From IMG/VR virus record IMGVR_UViG_3300049917_000046, positions 1-43,888 of that record: a stretch of 43,888 nt of DNA. One strand, 5' to 3'. How positions within the stretch are numbered: position 1 is the stretch's first letter; each line of letters starts with the position of its first letter. The notes beneath the pieces were generated by a model. The model searched no databases. It worked only from the letters and a program-made list of their open reading frames with translations, and was not told the DNA's origin. The position numbers and the translations under genes are program-made. This document shows, one piece after another, positions 17,374-27,152 of the stretch. Origin of the DNA: a virus. Its lineage: Duplodnaviria > Caudoviricetes.

Positions 17374-17747
17374 CAGATCACCGCCTGATTTGAAACGGCG
17401 CTAAGCTCGCCGAGGTCTGTTGAAACGATCCACGGCACCGATGCGATCCTGTTGCCGTCGTACCCCACGTCGAGCGCGAGGATCTCAAGCACTCCCGGCG
17501 TGTCGTCGAGCGCCTCGCGGAATACTTCACGCACCACGACCAAGCTCGGGTTCTTGACGAAGATCACCTCATAGTACGGGATCCCGATCGACTCATCTAA
17601 GAACCACTCACCGCGCACGAATGACAGCCGGATATCTATGCTCTGCTTGATGCCGACCTTGTCGGTCGCCATGGCGAAATCACCATTGCGCACGACGAAG
17701 TCATCGTCATCACCTAGCAGGAAGTCTGTGACTCTCGGCTGTGCCAC
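17373..17747 (-). CDS. Baseplate wedge / sheath initiator (gp25-like)
   Basis: RLSFVRGEWFLDESIGIPY motif; synteny. Confidence 0.78.
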   Translation of the reverse strand: MAQPRVTDFLLGDDDDFVVRNGDFAMATDKVGIKQSIDIRLSFVRGEWFLDESIGIPYYEVIFVKNPSLVVVREVFREALDDTPGVLEILALDVGYDGNRIASVPWIVSTDLGELSAVSNQAVI

Positions 17748-17765
17748 GGCTCGATCATATCACGG

Positions 17766-18455
17766 CTACTTCTTGATCATGACCGAATTAGATCCCAGGT
17801 TTGCCGGCGCACTCGGCAGTGTTCCGATCACTGAAGTCGTATTCCCCGATGGTGTCGCGTGCGCGTGCCCAGCGAAAGCCGTTTGCGCGTCCGATATCCA
17901 AGTCTTTAGAGCGCCTTCGCAGACTGCTTTATCAAGCTCTAGATCGACATTCGACCCGATCTTGATCTTGCTGCCGTCTATGTGGATCTGTAGACCGCTG
18001 TCGTCACCTACTGTCATCCGATCAGTCGGCGCCGACCGCAACGGATTCTTGAACGATCGCAGCCCAGGATAGAACATCGCATCGGCAAGGTTGAAGCGCC
18101 AGTCATTGACCGGGTCTACCGTGCCATCCTTGGCCAGCCACGCATCTAGCGATGCCTCAGAAAAGATAATGATCCCTGTCGTGCTCGTGTCGATCGGGAA
18201 TGTGATCCTATAGTTGCCCGCGCTCGGGAATGCCACGGGCACGCTACAGATCACGGGCAGCGTCTCGACGACTCGCTGATCTTCTTCGTCGAGGTGCGCT
18301 TGCTGGATCAGCGGCTGCACGTCGACAGACTTAGTATTCTGACCGTCCAGATTTACGCGCACGACCTTGCCGGGGATCGCGGTGTGCACGTCGCCGAAGC
18401 GCGCATCCATCCCGCGGCGGATCACTTCGGCCCATGTTGTCGGACGATCAGCCAT
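17766..18455 (-). CDS. Baseplate central spike (gp138/gpV-like)
   Basis: HTAIPGKVV, VDVQPL, VPVAFP, FNLADA; C-terminal HAH metal-binding motif. Confidence 0.85.
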   Translation of the reverse strand: MADRPTTWAEVIRRGMDARFGDVHTAIPGKVVRVNLDGQNTKSVDVQPLIQQAHLDEEDQRVVETLPVICSVPVAFPSAGNYRITFPIDTSTTGIIIFSEASLDAWLAKDGTVDPVNDWRFNLADAMFYPGLRSFKNPLRSAPTDRMTVGDDSGLQIHIDGSKIKIGSNVDLELDKAVCEGALKTWISDAQTAFAGHAHATPSGNTTSVIGTLPSAPANLGSNSVMIKK

Positions 18456-19337
18456 CTATAAGGGCACTCCCTCGAAGTCAGTATACCAATCGCCGCCGGC
18501 AGTGTCGCCCGTGTGCTCTAACTTCTTGACCCGGATCGGCCCCTTGTGCCGCTCGCTTCGTATCGACACCTGGCACCCGATCTTGATCGCAGGATTGAGC
18601 AGGCACCGCACTTTAAGCAGCGGCTTCCCGGTCTTCTTCACCTGCTTGTGTATAGTCTCCGGCGATCCGTACTCTGGCGATCCGATCAACCCCGTGTCCG
18701 GCCCGATGTCCGGCACGGTCGCGCCGCTCGGCTCGTCGTGCTTGAGTAGCAGCAGCTCGCCATCTTGGATCGACCAGTCGTAGCCGGTGCCGGCGAGCAC
18801 CTTGTCAAGCTCGCGAGACGCCGGCCCCTGAGCTGCATAGCCGTTGACATACTGCCCGGTTAGCTGCGCTGCCTGCTTGTTTGTATTGCCCAAGCCTAGG
18901 CCCAGCTTCGACGCGATCCGCTTGACCACGTCCGACACTGGCGAGCCTGCGGCAAATGACTCGTTGACCCGCGCAAAGTTGAATGCGCGCTCGCCGTCAC
19001 CGCTCTTGATCGTGGTATGCCATGACGCACCATCTCGCTTGTGCTCACAGGTTCGCGCGTCGCCTATAAATATTTGACCGATGCCGCTCGCTTCGTAACC
19101 GGCTTGCAGGATGAACTTGACCCCCTTCTGCTGCAAGGACTTGCGGCGAGTCTCGGATAGATTCGTGATCGTGATCTCGCAGGTGTTCGGCTCTTTCTTG
19201 TCCGACTTCGACACCTTGAACGCCACGCGTAAATTTTCAATCTCGACGACATCAGCTTCTATTTGCGTGAAACTCTCACTAACCTTCGTCGCGATCGTGA
19301 CCTTGATCTTTCGGCCGAATAGCAGATCGCCCGCCAT
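18456..19337 (-). CDS. Baseplate hub protein
   Basis: PNTCEITITNLS, LQAGY, WSIQDG, TGLIGSP and CLLNP motifs; synteny. Confidence 0.82.
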   Translation of the reverse strand: MAGDLLFGRKIKVTIATKVSESFTQIEADVVEIENLRVAFKVSKSDKKEPNTCEITITNLSETRRKSLQQKGVKFILQAGYEASGIGQIFIGDARTCEHKRDGASWHTTIKSGDGERAFNFARVNESFAAGSPVSDVVKRIASKLGLGLGNTNKQAAQLTGQYVNGYAAQGPASRELDKVLAGTGYDWSIQDGELLLLKHDEPSGATVPDIGPDTGLIGSPEYGSPETIHKQVKKTGKPLLKVRCLLNPAIKIGCQVSIRSERHKGPIRVKKLEHTGDTAGGDWYTDFEGVPL

Positions 19338-19687
19338 CAGACCGCCGGCAATTCTGCCGCCTCAAAATAGAGTAGCTGCACGCGGTCGCCGAGATCCCCC
19401 TTCCCCGTGTCCGGATCGAACGATGGATCCACCTGCCCGCCACTCGTATCGATGAGACTCAACACACCGCGCGGTCGCCGCGGATCCGGCGTGCGCCGAC
19501 CAAGTGGCCAATCGACGACGCACTTGATCGACGTGATGATCGGATCTCCGCCGTCGGTCAAGATGCTCATGTACCAGAATCCCTCACGCGTGTTCCACCT
19601 GAACTCAAGCGTGAATGTCACGTCGTCGAGCACGGCTTGTACGTCGAAGTGCGGCAGGTCTGAGCGCAGGGGGATCTCTAGCATCAC
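19337..19687 (-). CDS. Small baseplate protein
   Basis: FRWNTREGFWYMSI motif; lies between the tube initiator and hub. Confidence 0.72.
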   Translation of the reverse strand: MMLEIPLRSDLPHFDVQAVLDDVTFTLEFRWNTREGFWYMSILTDGGDPIITSIKCVVDWPLGRRTPDPRRPRGVLSLIDTSGGQVDPSFDPDTGKGDLGDRVQLLYFEAAELPAV

Positions 19688-20340
19688 GCACCGCCCGGCG
19701 TCAGCAGCTTGCGCAAACCGCCGCCCAGTACGCCATCGTCGAATTGTTTTAGGATACTCTTTTTCTTCTGTGAGTCGTTCGCTGTGTTTGCCGTCTGCTT
19801 GCCCGCCTTCGCCTTCGGCTGCGCCTTCGGCTCTTTGCTGACGACTTTTTTAGTCGCCTTGTTCTTGACGACTCGGATCTGTTTGAACGACGCGGTGAAG
19901 CGCAGCGCGTCGCCCGTCTTGCCGTCGCGAGGGATCGCCAGCGAAGTCATCACCATATTCGAGTACGTGCGGATCTGAGTGACGACGCTTATGATCTTGC
20001 CGGTATCGCGCAGCTTGCGCAGTTTCGTGTATGCTGCCTCGGCATAGCCGGGTGTGCCCTGCGATCGATCAGCCTGCGAGTTCGACTGAAACTTCGTGTC
20101 GCCCAAGACCTTGATCACCCGCGTGCGCTGCGACTGATTGAACGGCGTATTGCTGACGATCCCTTCGAGGGTCAGAGCATCGGGCTTCGGGCGCGAGTGG
20201 TCGGAGACGTTGAACCCTTCCTCTACAGGGTGTTCAGTGATGTCGACTTCGCCGACGTGTGATTCTGAGATCGCGCAGTCAAGCTCGATCTCATCTATCT
20301 TCGTCGGCCCATTCCTGTATACGAGCGACGTCTCAGCCAT
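19684..20340 (-). CDS. Baseplate / tail-tube initiator protein
   Basis: ITEHPVEEGFNVSDH and YSNMVMTSL motifs; follows the tape measure gene. Confidence 0.78.
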   Translation of the reverse strand: MAETSLVYRNGPTKIDEIELDCAISESHVGEVDITEHPVEEGFNVSDHSRPKPDALTLEGIVSNTPFNQSQRTRVIKVLGDTKFQSNSQADRSQGTPGYAEAAYTKLRKLRDTGKIISVVTQIRTYSNMVMTSLAIPRDGKTGDALRFTASFKQIRVVKNKATKKVVSKEPKAQPKAKAGKQTANTANDSQKKKSILKQFDDGVLGGGLRKLLTPGGA

Positions 20341-20342
20341 GG

Positions 20343-21938
20343 CTAACCATTGAGCGCGGCGAGCGTCTGATCGAGCTGCGCTTGGTTGTAGTCGTCGAGC
20401 TGCTCGCGGAAGCGTCCGGCAAGGTCTACGCTGCTCTCGCCCTCGCGCTGATAGATGTTCACTACGGGCGCGTTCGTCTGCTGCACGGTCCTATTGCCGC
20501 CGGCCGGGCGAGCGTTGACACTGGCGGTCGGGGAGCTTCCGCCACCGCCGATCGGCGAGTCGGTGCTGTTCAAGTGTAGCAAGCTGCGGATCGAATCGAT
20601 CGACCCGCGGATCTTGCTGGCCAGGTATCCGCTAATCTGTTCGAGGATGGACAAGACCCAGTTGCCGAAGTCCTGAAAGATCAGCTTCCACCCTGCGATC
20701 ACTTCCTTGAACGTCTTGTCGAAGTCCGATAGTAGTGCCGCGCCGAATCGCAAAAATTGCAGCCACAGCGGCTCATCTTCTGATCCGCCGCTGGCGAAGT
20801 CCTGCAAGAACTTCTTCCACTTGGGCCACAGCTCGCCGAGGATGGAGTCACCGCCCTCCATCCCCGTGATCCAATCTTCAAAAAGTAAGATCGCTATGGC
20901 GATCAACGCCGATAGTAGGATGATAGGAGCGGCAGCCGCTAGCCACGCAGCCGCCGATTTGATAGCTGCTGACAGCGAAGCGATCCCTAACCAGATGTAT
21001 TGCCCGATCAGCGTAGTGATCGCACCTATGTTCGCCACGATCGCGGCAAGCACTATGCTACCGAGTATCACGGCGAGCAGCTTCCAATTATCGATCACGA
21101 GTCCGAGCACGCGCCACAGCACGCCGAGCGCCTGCACGAATAACTTCACGATCGGCAAGAGCGCGCGGATCACCTTCTCGATCCGCTGCGCGATCAGCAT
21201 CCGATTCGCTTTGACCCACTCGATCACCGCTTCGGTAGCGTGATTGATCTCGCCGAGAAAAGCGCCCGCGATCTCGTGCTCGACTCCCTTGATCGACAGC
21301 TTCAGCCGGTCGAGGTTGTCGCCGAGATCGTCACCAGCCTTGATCGTCTCGGCATTGATGACGAGCCCCAGATCGCGCGCCTCTTGTCGCAGTTTCTGCA
21401 ACCCCTCGCGTCCCTCACTCAGCACCGGCAACAGAGACGCACCCGACCGTCCGAACAGATCCATCGCCCGCGCCGTCCGTTCCGGACCTTCCGGCAGCTT
21501 TGCGAGAGCGTCGGCCACGTCGCCCAATACGACATCCGTAGTCTTCAGTGCTCCGTTCGTATCGCGGATCTTTATATGCAGTTTCGCGAAAGCTTTCTGC
21601 GACTCTTCGTTGCCGTCCTTGGCGGCAGTAAGGTGCTTGTTCAGGATCGCCAAGCCGCCGCGCATCTCCTCGATCCCGCTGCCGCCGAGCTTTGCCGCGA
21701 AGCCGATCTCTTGCAGAGCATCGGTGTTGATCCCTAGCGCGATGCTCGTGTCGTTCAGCGTGCTCGCCGTCTCCACGAGATCGTGAACCATCACCCCCAA
21801 GCCGCCGGCAGCGGCGACCGCCAAGCCGCCGAGCGCGACGAGCCCGGTCTTGACACCGGCAAGCAGGACATCGGCGGCAGTGAAACTGCCCTTGTCGATG
21901 TCTAAGCCGAGCTTGGCGAATAGCTCACGGATGATCAT
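20343..21938 (-). CDS. Tape measure protein
   Basis: Helical Ala/Leu-rich protein with hydrophobic segments; start MIIRELFAKLG at 21938 with TAGGA SD. Confidence 0.85.
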   Translation of the reverse strand: MIIRELFAKLGLDIDKGSFTAADVLLAGVKTGLVALGGLAVAAAGGLGVMVHDLVETASTLNDTSIALGINTDALQEIGFAAKLGGSGIEEMRGGLAILNKHLTAAKDGNEESQKAFAKLHIKIRDTNGALKTTDVVLGDVADALAKLPEGPERTARAMDLFGRSGASLLPVLSEGREGLQKLRQEARDLGLVINAETIKAGDDLGDNLDRLKLSIKGVEHEIAGAFLGEINHATEAVIEWVKANRMLIAQRIEKVIRALLPIVKLFVQALGVLWRVLGLVIDNWKLLAVILGSIVLAAIVANIGAITTLIGQYIWLGIASLSAAIKSAAAWLAAAAPIILLSALIAIAILLFEDWITGMEGGDSILGELWPKWKKFLQDFASGGSEDEPLWLQFLRFGAALLSDFDKTFKEVIAGWKLIFQDFGNWVLSILEQISGYLASKIRGSIDSIRSLLHLNSTDSPIGGGGSSPTASVNARPAGGNRTVQQTNAPVVNIYQREGESSVDLAGRFREQLDDYNQAQLDQTLAALNG

Positions 21939-21948
21939 GCGATCAGTC

Positions 21949-22908
21949 CTACAGCGGCGGCAGATCTGCGACGAACCTGACGACGCCGGTCTTGCTGCTG
22001 CAAGTGCGCGACTTGACGACGACCTGCGTTGTGCTCGCTTCGGCGCTGACATCTAGGAATGCCGTACTAAACGGGCAGGTGCCGCCGTCCCCGCTGTCCC
22101 CGTAAAAATAGAACGGCTTCAAGTCGTTCCAATTTCTCGACGTCACCGGCACCTGCGCTTCGTCGATCGCGTATGGCTGATCCGCGCTGGTGTGTGATGC
22201 GCCGGTTGTCTCGTCGGTGACGCTCGAAAAGGCTGAGAACCCTACCGCATTCCAGCATCGCACGCGCAGCTTGATCGCCGCCGTCGCGCCGGCAAGTCCG
22301 CGGAAGGTGGCGCTCGTCGTCTTCTGCCCGTACCTCGTGTTGTTGATCCGGACATAGTTCGCGCCGGCATCTATGGATACCTGCGGCTCGCACCCGAATG
22401 CACCGGCCGGCACCGCCCACGACACCGCCACACTCGAAGCTGATACGACTGTGCCCGGCGCTGCGGGCGTGGACGGCACCCCCGCGACTCCCGTAACCAC
22501 GCCTCCCGAAGCGGCGTTTAGCGTTACATTCCCGCTGCCGTCCGTGGTGTAGCTGATGAAGTCTTCGACATATAGCCGCGAAGGCGCCGACGACTCCCCC
22601 TGCACCATGAGCTTGATCGCGCCGGTCTTACTCGCGCCCGGCGTGAAACGGATCAGATCCACGTACGCCCCGGTGTTCGGCACCGCGATCTTGCCCGTAC
22701 GCCGCGTGGCGGTCGCACTCGTCGATCCTCCCCCATCGATAGAGTCTGCCACGGCAGACAGGTCATTGACCCGATCGACCAATTTCTTGAACGGCGCGGG
22801 CGCGTTCGTCAACGGCCACCAGAACGGGATCTCGGTTCGCTGCGCCGCAGCGGGCGCGGCACAGAACGTGAAAAGGAATAGACAGACAGATCCGAGGAGT
22901 GCGCGCAT
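21949..22908 (-). CDS. Signal-peptide-bearing protein with a fibronectin type III-like domain
   Basis: MRALLGSVCLFLFTFCAAPAAA signal; PSTPAAP...VAVSWAVP...LRVRCWNAVGFSAFS FN3 pattern; TGATG coupling to the upstream ORF. Confidence 0.7.
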   Translation of the reverse strand: MRALLGSVCLFLFTFCAAPAAAQRTEIPFWWPLTNAPAPFKKLVDRVNDLSAVADSIDGGGSTSATATRRTGKIAVPNTGAYVDLIRFTPGASKTGAIKLMVQGESSAPSRLYVEDFISYTTDGSGNVTLNAASGGVVTGVAGVPSTPAAPGTVVSASSVAVSWAVPAGAFGCEPQVSIDAGANYVRINNTRYGQKTTSATFRGLAGATAAIKLRVRCWNAVGFSAFSSVTDETTGASHTSADQPYAIDEAQVPVTSRNWNDLKPFYFYGDSGDGGTCPFSTAFLDVSAEASTTQVVVKSRTCSSKTGVVRFVADLPPL

Positions 22909-23150
22909 CAGGTTTTACCCTTTCCTTGATGCCGCTTTGCAGACGCCGCTTCGGCTTCGTGCCAAGCGTCTAGAGCGTCATTCGCCTCGGCGACATCGTC
23001 GATTGACCAGTAACTCTCTATTTCGTGGAGACTTCCGACGTGTTCGATGACGAGTCGCCAGATGGGCCACCTGTCCGCGAGGTGCTCGACTCCGCGGAGC
23101 GCGACGCCCCCATCTGCGCTTGCAGGCTGCCGCGGAGTACGCCGAAAAAA
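22908..23150 (-). CDS. Tail assembly chaperone C-terminal extension (-1 frameshift product)
   Basis: Open -1 frame after slippery T TTT TTC; WPIWRLV...WSIDDVAEANDALD resembles gpT-type segments. Confidence 0.72.
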   Translation of the reverse strand, partial: FFRRTPRQPASADGGVALRGVEHLADRWPIWRLVIEHVGSLHEIESYWSIDDVAEANDALDAWHEAEAASAKRHQGKGKT

Positions 23151-23551
23151 TCGCCGTAGTTCACCTCTATGGCGAACGCCATGCAGCCGAATAGTCCGGC
23201 CAGGTCGCCCGCGAAGATCGCGTCGTAGGGCTGGGTGCCCGCAAGTCCGGTCGAGAGCTGCACCCACTTATCATCGGTGAGTACCTGCGCCGTGCTGAGT
23301 AGCTCGCGCATCAGATATTCAAGCTCGGATTCGGACAAACGATCAAACAGCAGGGCGACAGCGTCGGATAACGATCCGACATCGAGCGTCGCGATCGACA
23401 GGTTGCCCCGACTCGACCCGACGGCTTTTGCCAGTGCCGGACCGAGAACGTGACCGAGTCGGCGAAGGAGCTTGATTGCGCGCGTCGCCGGTAGCTGCGT
23501 CACGACGTAGCGCCGGCCGGCGATCTGCTTTTCCTGGGTCTTGATCGACAT
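23018..23551 (-). CDS. Tail assembly chaperone
   Basis: Directly after the tube gene; ends near AIEVNYGDFF, which contains the slippery heptamer. Confidence 0.82.
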   Translation of the reverse strand: MSIKTQEKQIAGRRYVVTQLPATRAIKLLRRLGHVLGPALAKAVGSSRGNLSIATLDVGSLSDAVALLFDRLSESELEYLMRELLSTAQVLTDDKWVQLSTGLAGTQPYDAIFAGDLAGLFGCMAFAIEVNYGDFFGVLRGSLQAQMGASRSAESSTSRTGGPSGDSSSNTSEVSTK

Positions 23552-23562
23552 GCTGTTGATCC

Positions 23563-23997
23563 TTACGAAACGATGATTCCGCCCGGCGTGATCTCAAGTT
23601 CGAGACTCTCAAGCACCCATTCGCGCACACCGGCTTCTTTGGCGAACGGAGTCTCGGGGACCTTCTTGATCCACGCGTTCTCTGCGGACACGAGCGACGT
23701 GCCGTTATTGTCCTTGATCAGCAGCGCGCCGCTACCCGACCCCGCCTGCCGGTCCACTAGCGCGAGCGCGGCGAGCAGGTCATTGACCGGCGAGGACTGC
23801 AACAGGGTGAAGGTGACGGTGCCGCTCTTGTCCTGCGATCGAGTCCGGCACCCGTCGCCGCCTGATCCGACTTGCAGCGTGAAGGCGTCGGTGTTGTAGC
23901 TCGCCGTGATGAAGGTGTCCGGTCCGTATCCCGTGATCAGGATGCCGCCAAAGGTGGCGATGATTGACCCCGGATCGTAAGTAGGAGTGCCCGCCAT
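23563..23997 (-). CDS. Tail tube protein (DUF3277-like)
   Basis: TYDP, ITGY, SGTVTFTLLQSSPVN and REW motifs; follows the sheath gene. Confidence 0.85.
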   Translation of the reverse strand: MAGTPTYDPGSIIATFGGILITGYGPDTFITASYNTDAFTLQVGSGGDGCRTRSQDKSGTVTFTLLQSSPVNDLLAALALVDRQAGSGSGALLIKDNNGTSLVSAENAWIKKVPETPFAKEAGVREWVLESLELEITPGGIIVS

Positions 23998-24008
23998 GTC
24001 CGTGATCC

Positions 24009-25328
24009 TTACGCGGTGATGGTGCCGCTGATGATGACTTTGTGGATTGCCCCGGCGAGCTGCGCCGTGAACTTGACGTTGCGCAACAAGCGCGCCGCCT
24101 TGTCAGCCGGACTGACACTCGCCGCCTTCGGCACCGACACCGTGAAGTTGTCGACCAGCCCGCCGACGTTGACGCCCTCGCGGAGCTGCGCGCGCACTTC
24201 CGCTTCGATAACCGCGATCCCTTCGTCGGTATAAGGGATCTTATTGGCATTGAATAACGCGAGCGCGATCCGCTCTTGCATGCGCGCCTTCAGCCAATCT
24301 CGGAAGCGCACGACGTCGATGAACTCGCCACTGAATACGACGCCTTCGGCGGTGATGTTCCGACCGGCGACGTTGTAGTAAATATTGCACTTCTTGTCTT
24401 GGATGTTCGTCTGCTGCGTGCCGGTCAACGTGGTCACTGCCACGCCGGCCAGAGTCTTAAACATCCAAGTTTCAGATCCGGGGTCGAGCGGTAGACACCG
24501 TCCGAGCCACGCGCTGTCGGCGAACGATCCGCCGTCCGGGTGGTAGATGCCGGCGGTGCGAAAGTACGCCGAAGCGTTCGCTGTCTTGGCAACGTCAGTT
24601 GCACCGGAGAACGCATCAGTAGCGACCGCGGAATCTTGAAGCGTGCACAGGTAGAGCTTCTCGTTTGACTCGGCGAATCCGGCCACGGCAAGCACGTAAG
24701 CCTTCGAGTTCGCCAGCGTGATGATCGCATACCACGTGTTATCGATCAGCTTGATCGCTGCCAAGTCCGCAGCAACGCCGGGATCGGCGTGGGTCTGCGC
24801 GATCGAGAGGTAGGTCAGGTCGAGCACCGATGCCGATGCCCAGTTGCCGGCGGCGGCGGCGAGGATCTGCACGAACTTGCTGCCGCTCGCACCTTGCAGA
24901 GATGAGGTGAATCCGGCGGCTGTTGCGGCGGCGTTGACCGCGGCTTCGAGCCCGGTCGCGATCTCGTCGTTTGTGGCCGTGCTGTCGGAGGTGTAATCGT
25001 ACTGCACCCCGAGAAAGCTGAAGCTGTACTTCGTCGAGTTCGCGACAGTCGTGATTTTGATCTCGAACTTCTGCGTAGGCTTGTTCGCTGCGCGACCGAT
25101 GGCGACGCGTTCGGGGCACGGGTTCTGCCCGAATAGAGCGGCAGCCGCCTTGTATTCACCTGTCGTTGTGGCGAAGTCAGCGGCTACGCCATCGATGTCA
25201 TTGTAGAAGCGGATGCGTTCAGGGAACGTCGCGGTGTTCGACAAGATCATCGCGAGTCCGAACCCGGCTTGCGTGATGCCGCCGGACTGTAAAGAGATGA
25301 TCACGCTGACGATGTCTGATAACGGCAT
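24009..25328 (-). CDS. Tail sheath protein (DUF3383-like)
   Basis: LSDIVSV, WMFKTLAGV, FIDVVRFRDWL, KIPYTDEG and LAGAIH motifs. Confidence 0.9.
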   Translation of the reverse strand: MPLSDIVSVIISLQSGGITQAGFGLAMILSNTATFPERIRFYNDIDGVAADFATTTGEYKAAAALFGQNPCPERVAIGRAANKPTQKFEIKITTVANSTKYSFSFLGVQYDYTSDSTATNDEIATGLEAAVNAAATAAGFTSSLQGASGSKFVQILAAAAGNWASASVLDLTYLSIAQTHADPGVAADLAAIKLIDNTWYAIITLANSKAYVLAVAGFAESNEKLYLCTLQDSAVATDAFSGATDVAKTANASAYFRTAGIYHPDGGSFADSAWLGRCLPLDPGSETWMFKTLAGVAVTTLTGTQQTNIQDKKCNIYYNVAGRNITAEGVVFSGEFIDVVRFRDWLKARMQERIALALFNANKIPYTDEGIAVIEAEVRAQLREGVNVGGLVDNFTVSVPKAASVSPADKAARLLRNVKFTAQLAGAIHKVIISGTITA

Positions 25329-25340
25329 GGCAATTCGCTC

Positions 25341-25889
25341 CTACGGAATTTCTATCACGTCGCCGGTCCCGGTGTCTAGGATCTCTACCTTGTCGATATA
25401 GCCGGCGAACTCCGCTACGTCGTCTCGGATATAACAGCGAATGGTTAAGATCGCTCGACCTTCGAATGTCGTGCGGTAGACCGCCGGTAGCCACTGCACG
25501 TCGCCGTGATCGAAGGGGGAGATCCCGGCGAGCAGTAGTGCGCCGCGTATGCTCGACAGTTTCAGCGCCGTCTGCACCCTCGACATCAAGGCGCGCGCCG
25601 TGGCCTGTCCCGTCACCGCTGTCGTAAACGCTTCGACTGTGACGCTGAACTCGCGGTCGCCCGACACCTGCAACTTGATCTCTTGCCCCGGCGGTCGGAG
25701 TAGATCGGTGCTTGAGATCAGGCAGTCTTGTCCGAGCTGCAACAGACCGCCGAGCGTGATCGTGATGTAATCGTCCTGCGGGGCATTATCGTTCTGATAG
25801 CCGAACAGTACGCGCTGATCCGCGTACCCGGATGTAGTCAACACCCACGCACGCAAAGCATCTTCGATCGCTTTCCAGTCCGCCGGCAT
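25341..25889 (-). CDS. Tail terminator / neck protein
   Basis: Synteny (immediately before sheath), size and beta-rich pattern. Confidence 0.7.
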   Translation of the reverse strand: MPADWKAIEDALRAWVLTTSGYADQRVLFGYQNDNAPQDDYITITLGGLLQLGQDCLISSTDLLRPPGQEIKLQVSGDREFSVTVEAFTTAVTGQATARALMSRVQTALKLSSIRGALLLAGISPFDHGDVQWLPAVYRTTFEGRAILTIRCYIRDDVAEFAGYIDKVEILDTGTGDVIEIP

Positions 25890-26248
25890 TATTCTGTGCG
25901 CCTAACGAGAGCATACCAATACTGCGTTCCAAAAGCTTTCCAGTGCTCTAAGTGCTCGATCTCATAGAGCTTCCCTTCGATGGCAACCAAGTCCGGCTTG
26001 AACCCTGTGCCCGGCCCCCCGATCTGTAATGGCGTAGTCGTGAACACGACGAAGACATCATCGATCGTGCGACCTTCCGGCAGCCGATTCAGATCTTCAT
26101 TCGTCGGCGGCTGCACACTCGACTTCGGCGCGATGAAGGCTGTGTCAATCGTAGGCTGTTCGCGACCATCGACGCGCGGCGCTTCGGCTCGGCGCACGCA
26201 TGCCAGGTCATAGTTAGATAGGCTCGTAATTGAATCAGTGAACGGCAT
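25889..26248 (-). CDS. Head closure protein
   Basis: SVQP...LNRLPEG...PDLV...YEI motif; synteny. Confidence 0.7.
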   Translation of the reverse strand: MPFTDSITSLSNYDLACVRRAEAPRVDGREQPTIDTAFIAPKSSVQPPTNEDLNRLPEGRTIDDVFVVFTTTPLQIGGPGTGFKPDLVAIEGKLYEIEHLEHWKAFGTQYWYALVRRTE

Positions 26249-26253
26249 CGCTC

Positions 26254-26784
26254 TTACTTTCTCCGCTCAATGATCACCGCCCAAGTCAGCGACGCGATCA
26301 GCCGGCCGGTATCGATCCACGTCCGGATCCCCATCGTCGCACCTTTGCGCGTCAACTTCTTCTTTTTGCGCGCGGTGCTCGGCGCATTCGGTGGCGGTAT
26401 CTCCGGGCCAGTCGTGATCTTTTTCTTGATCTCCGCAGCCAACGTCGCACCCATGATCCCAAGTGCGCGCTCGACGGTCATGACACCATCTAGAATCCCC
26501 CCGATCAACTTCTCGGCCAAAACGACGAGCGCGCCGCGCTGCTGATCGAATGTCGGCACGACTGCCGGGCGCGGCGGCTGCGTTCCGTCTTCACTACCGT
26601 ACTCCATGCGCGCGGCGATCTCTGCGTTCGTCAGCTCACCGCGCTTCTCCGCCCCCTTGCCGGCATCGAGAAAGCCGACCTTCACATACGAATCGCGCGC
26701 CGCATACTGGTCGACGAGCTTCTTGATCTTCTTGTAGCCCTTGTCGACATCGCGTACGGCGATTCGCGCGTGTACGCCCATCAC
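26254..26784 (-). CDS. Neck / tail completion protein
   Basis: VKVGFL, AEIAARMEYG, PPRP, PPNAPST and IDTGRL motifs. Confidence 0.78.
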   Translation of the reverse strand: MMGVHARIAVRDVDKGYKKIKKLVDQYAARDSYVKVGFLDAGKGAEKRGELTNAEIAARMEYGSEDGTQPPRPAVVPTFDQQRGALVVLAEKLIGGILDGVMTVERALGIMGATLAAEIKKKITTGPEIPPPNAPSTARKKKKLTRKGATMGIRTWIDTGRLIASLTWAVIIERRK

Positions 26785-27146
26785 GTCACGAGGGGCATCC
26801 GCGCGCCGACCAGTCCGCGCAGCAGTCGCTTGTAGATCTGCCCATAGATGGTGAGGTCGAGCGCGTCACCGATCGACCATCCGGCCCACGGATTAGCGAA
26901 CTCACGTTCGACCTGTCCCGCCTTTTCCTTCACCATCGGACCGCCGGATCCGCCGGACCCATTGATCTGCAACCAGAGCGTTCCGAAGTGCGCAAGCAGA
27001 TACTTGACCCCGAGATCGTACTTTTCTTCCCAGGTGTCCGGGGATAGCTCGGCGAGAACGTCGGCGAGCATGCAGGCTTGTGTAGTGGGGGGGATCGCCG
27101 CGAGCGCGGGCGCGATGCAGACTACGTCGGCCCACGTCACAGACAC
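26781..27146 (-). CDS. Head-tail adaptor (DUF4054-like)
   Basis: LLAHFGTL and TIYGQIY motifs; synteny. Confidence 0.75.
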   Translation of the reverse strand: MSVTWADVVCIAPALAAIPPTTQACMLADVLAELSPDTWEEKYDLGVKYLLAHFGTLWLQINGSGGSGGPMVKEKAGQVEREFANPWAGWSIGDALDLTIYGQIYKRLLRGLVGARMPLVT

Positions 27147-27152
27147 GGCGAT

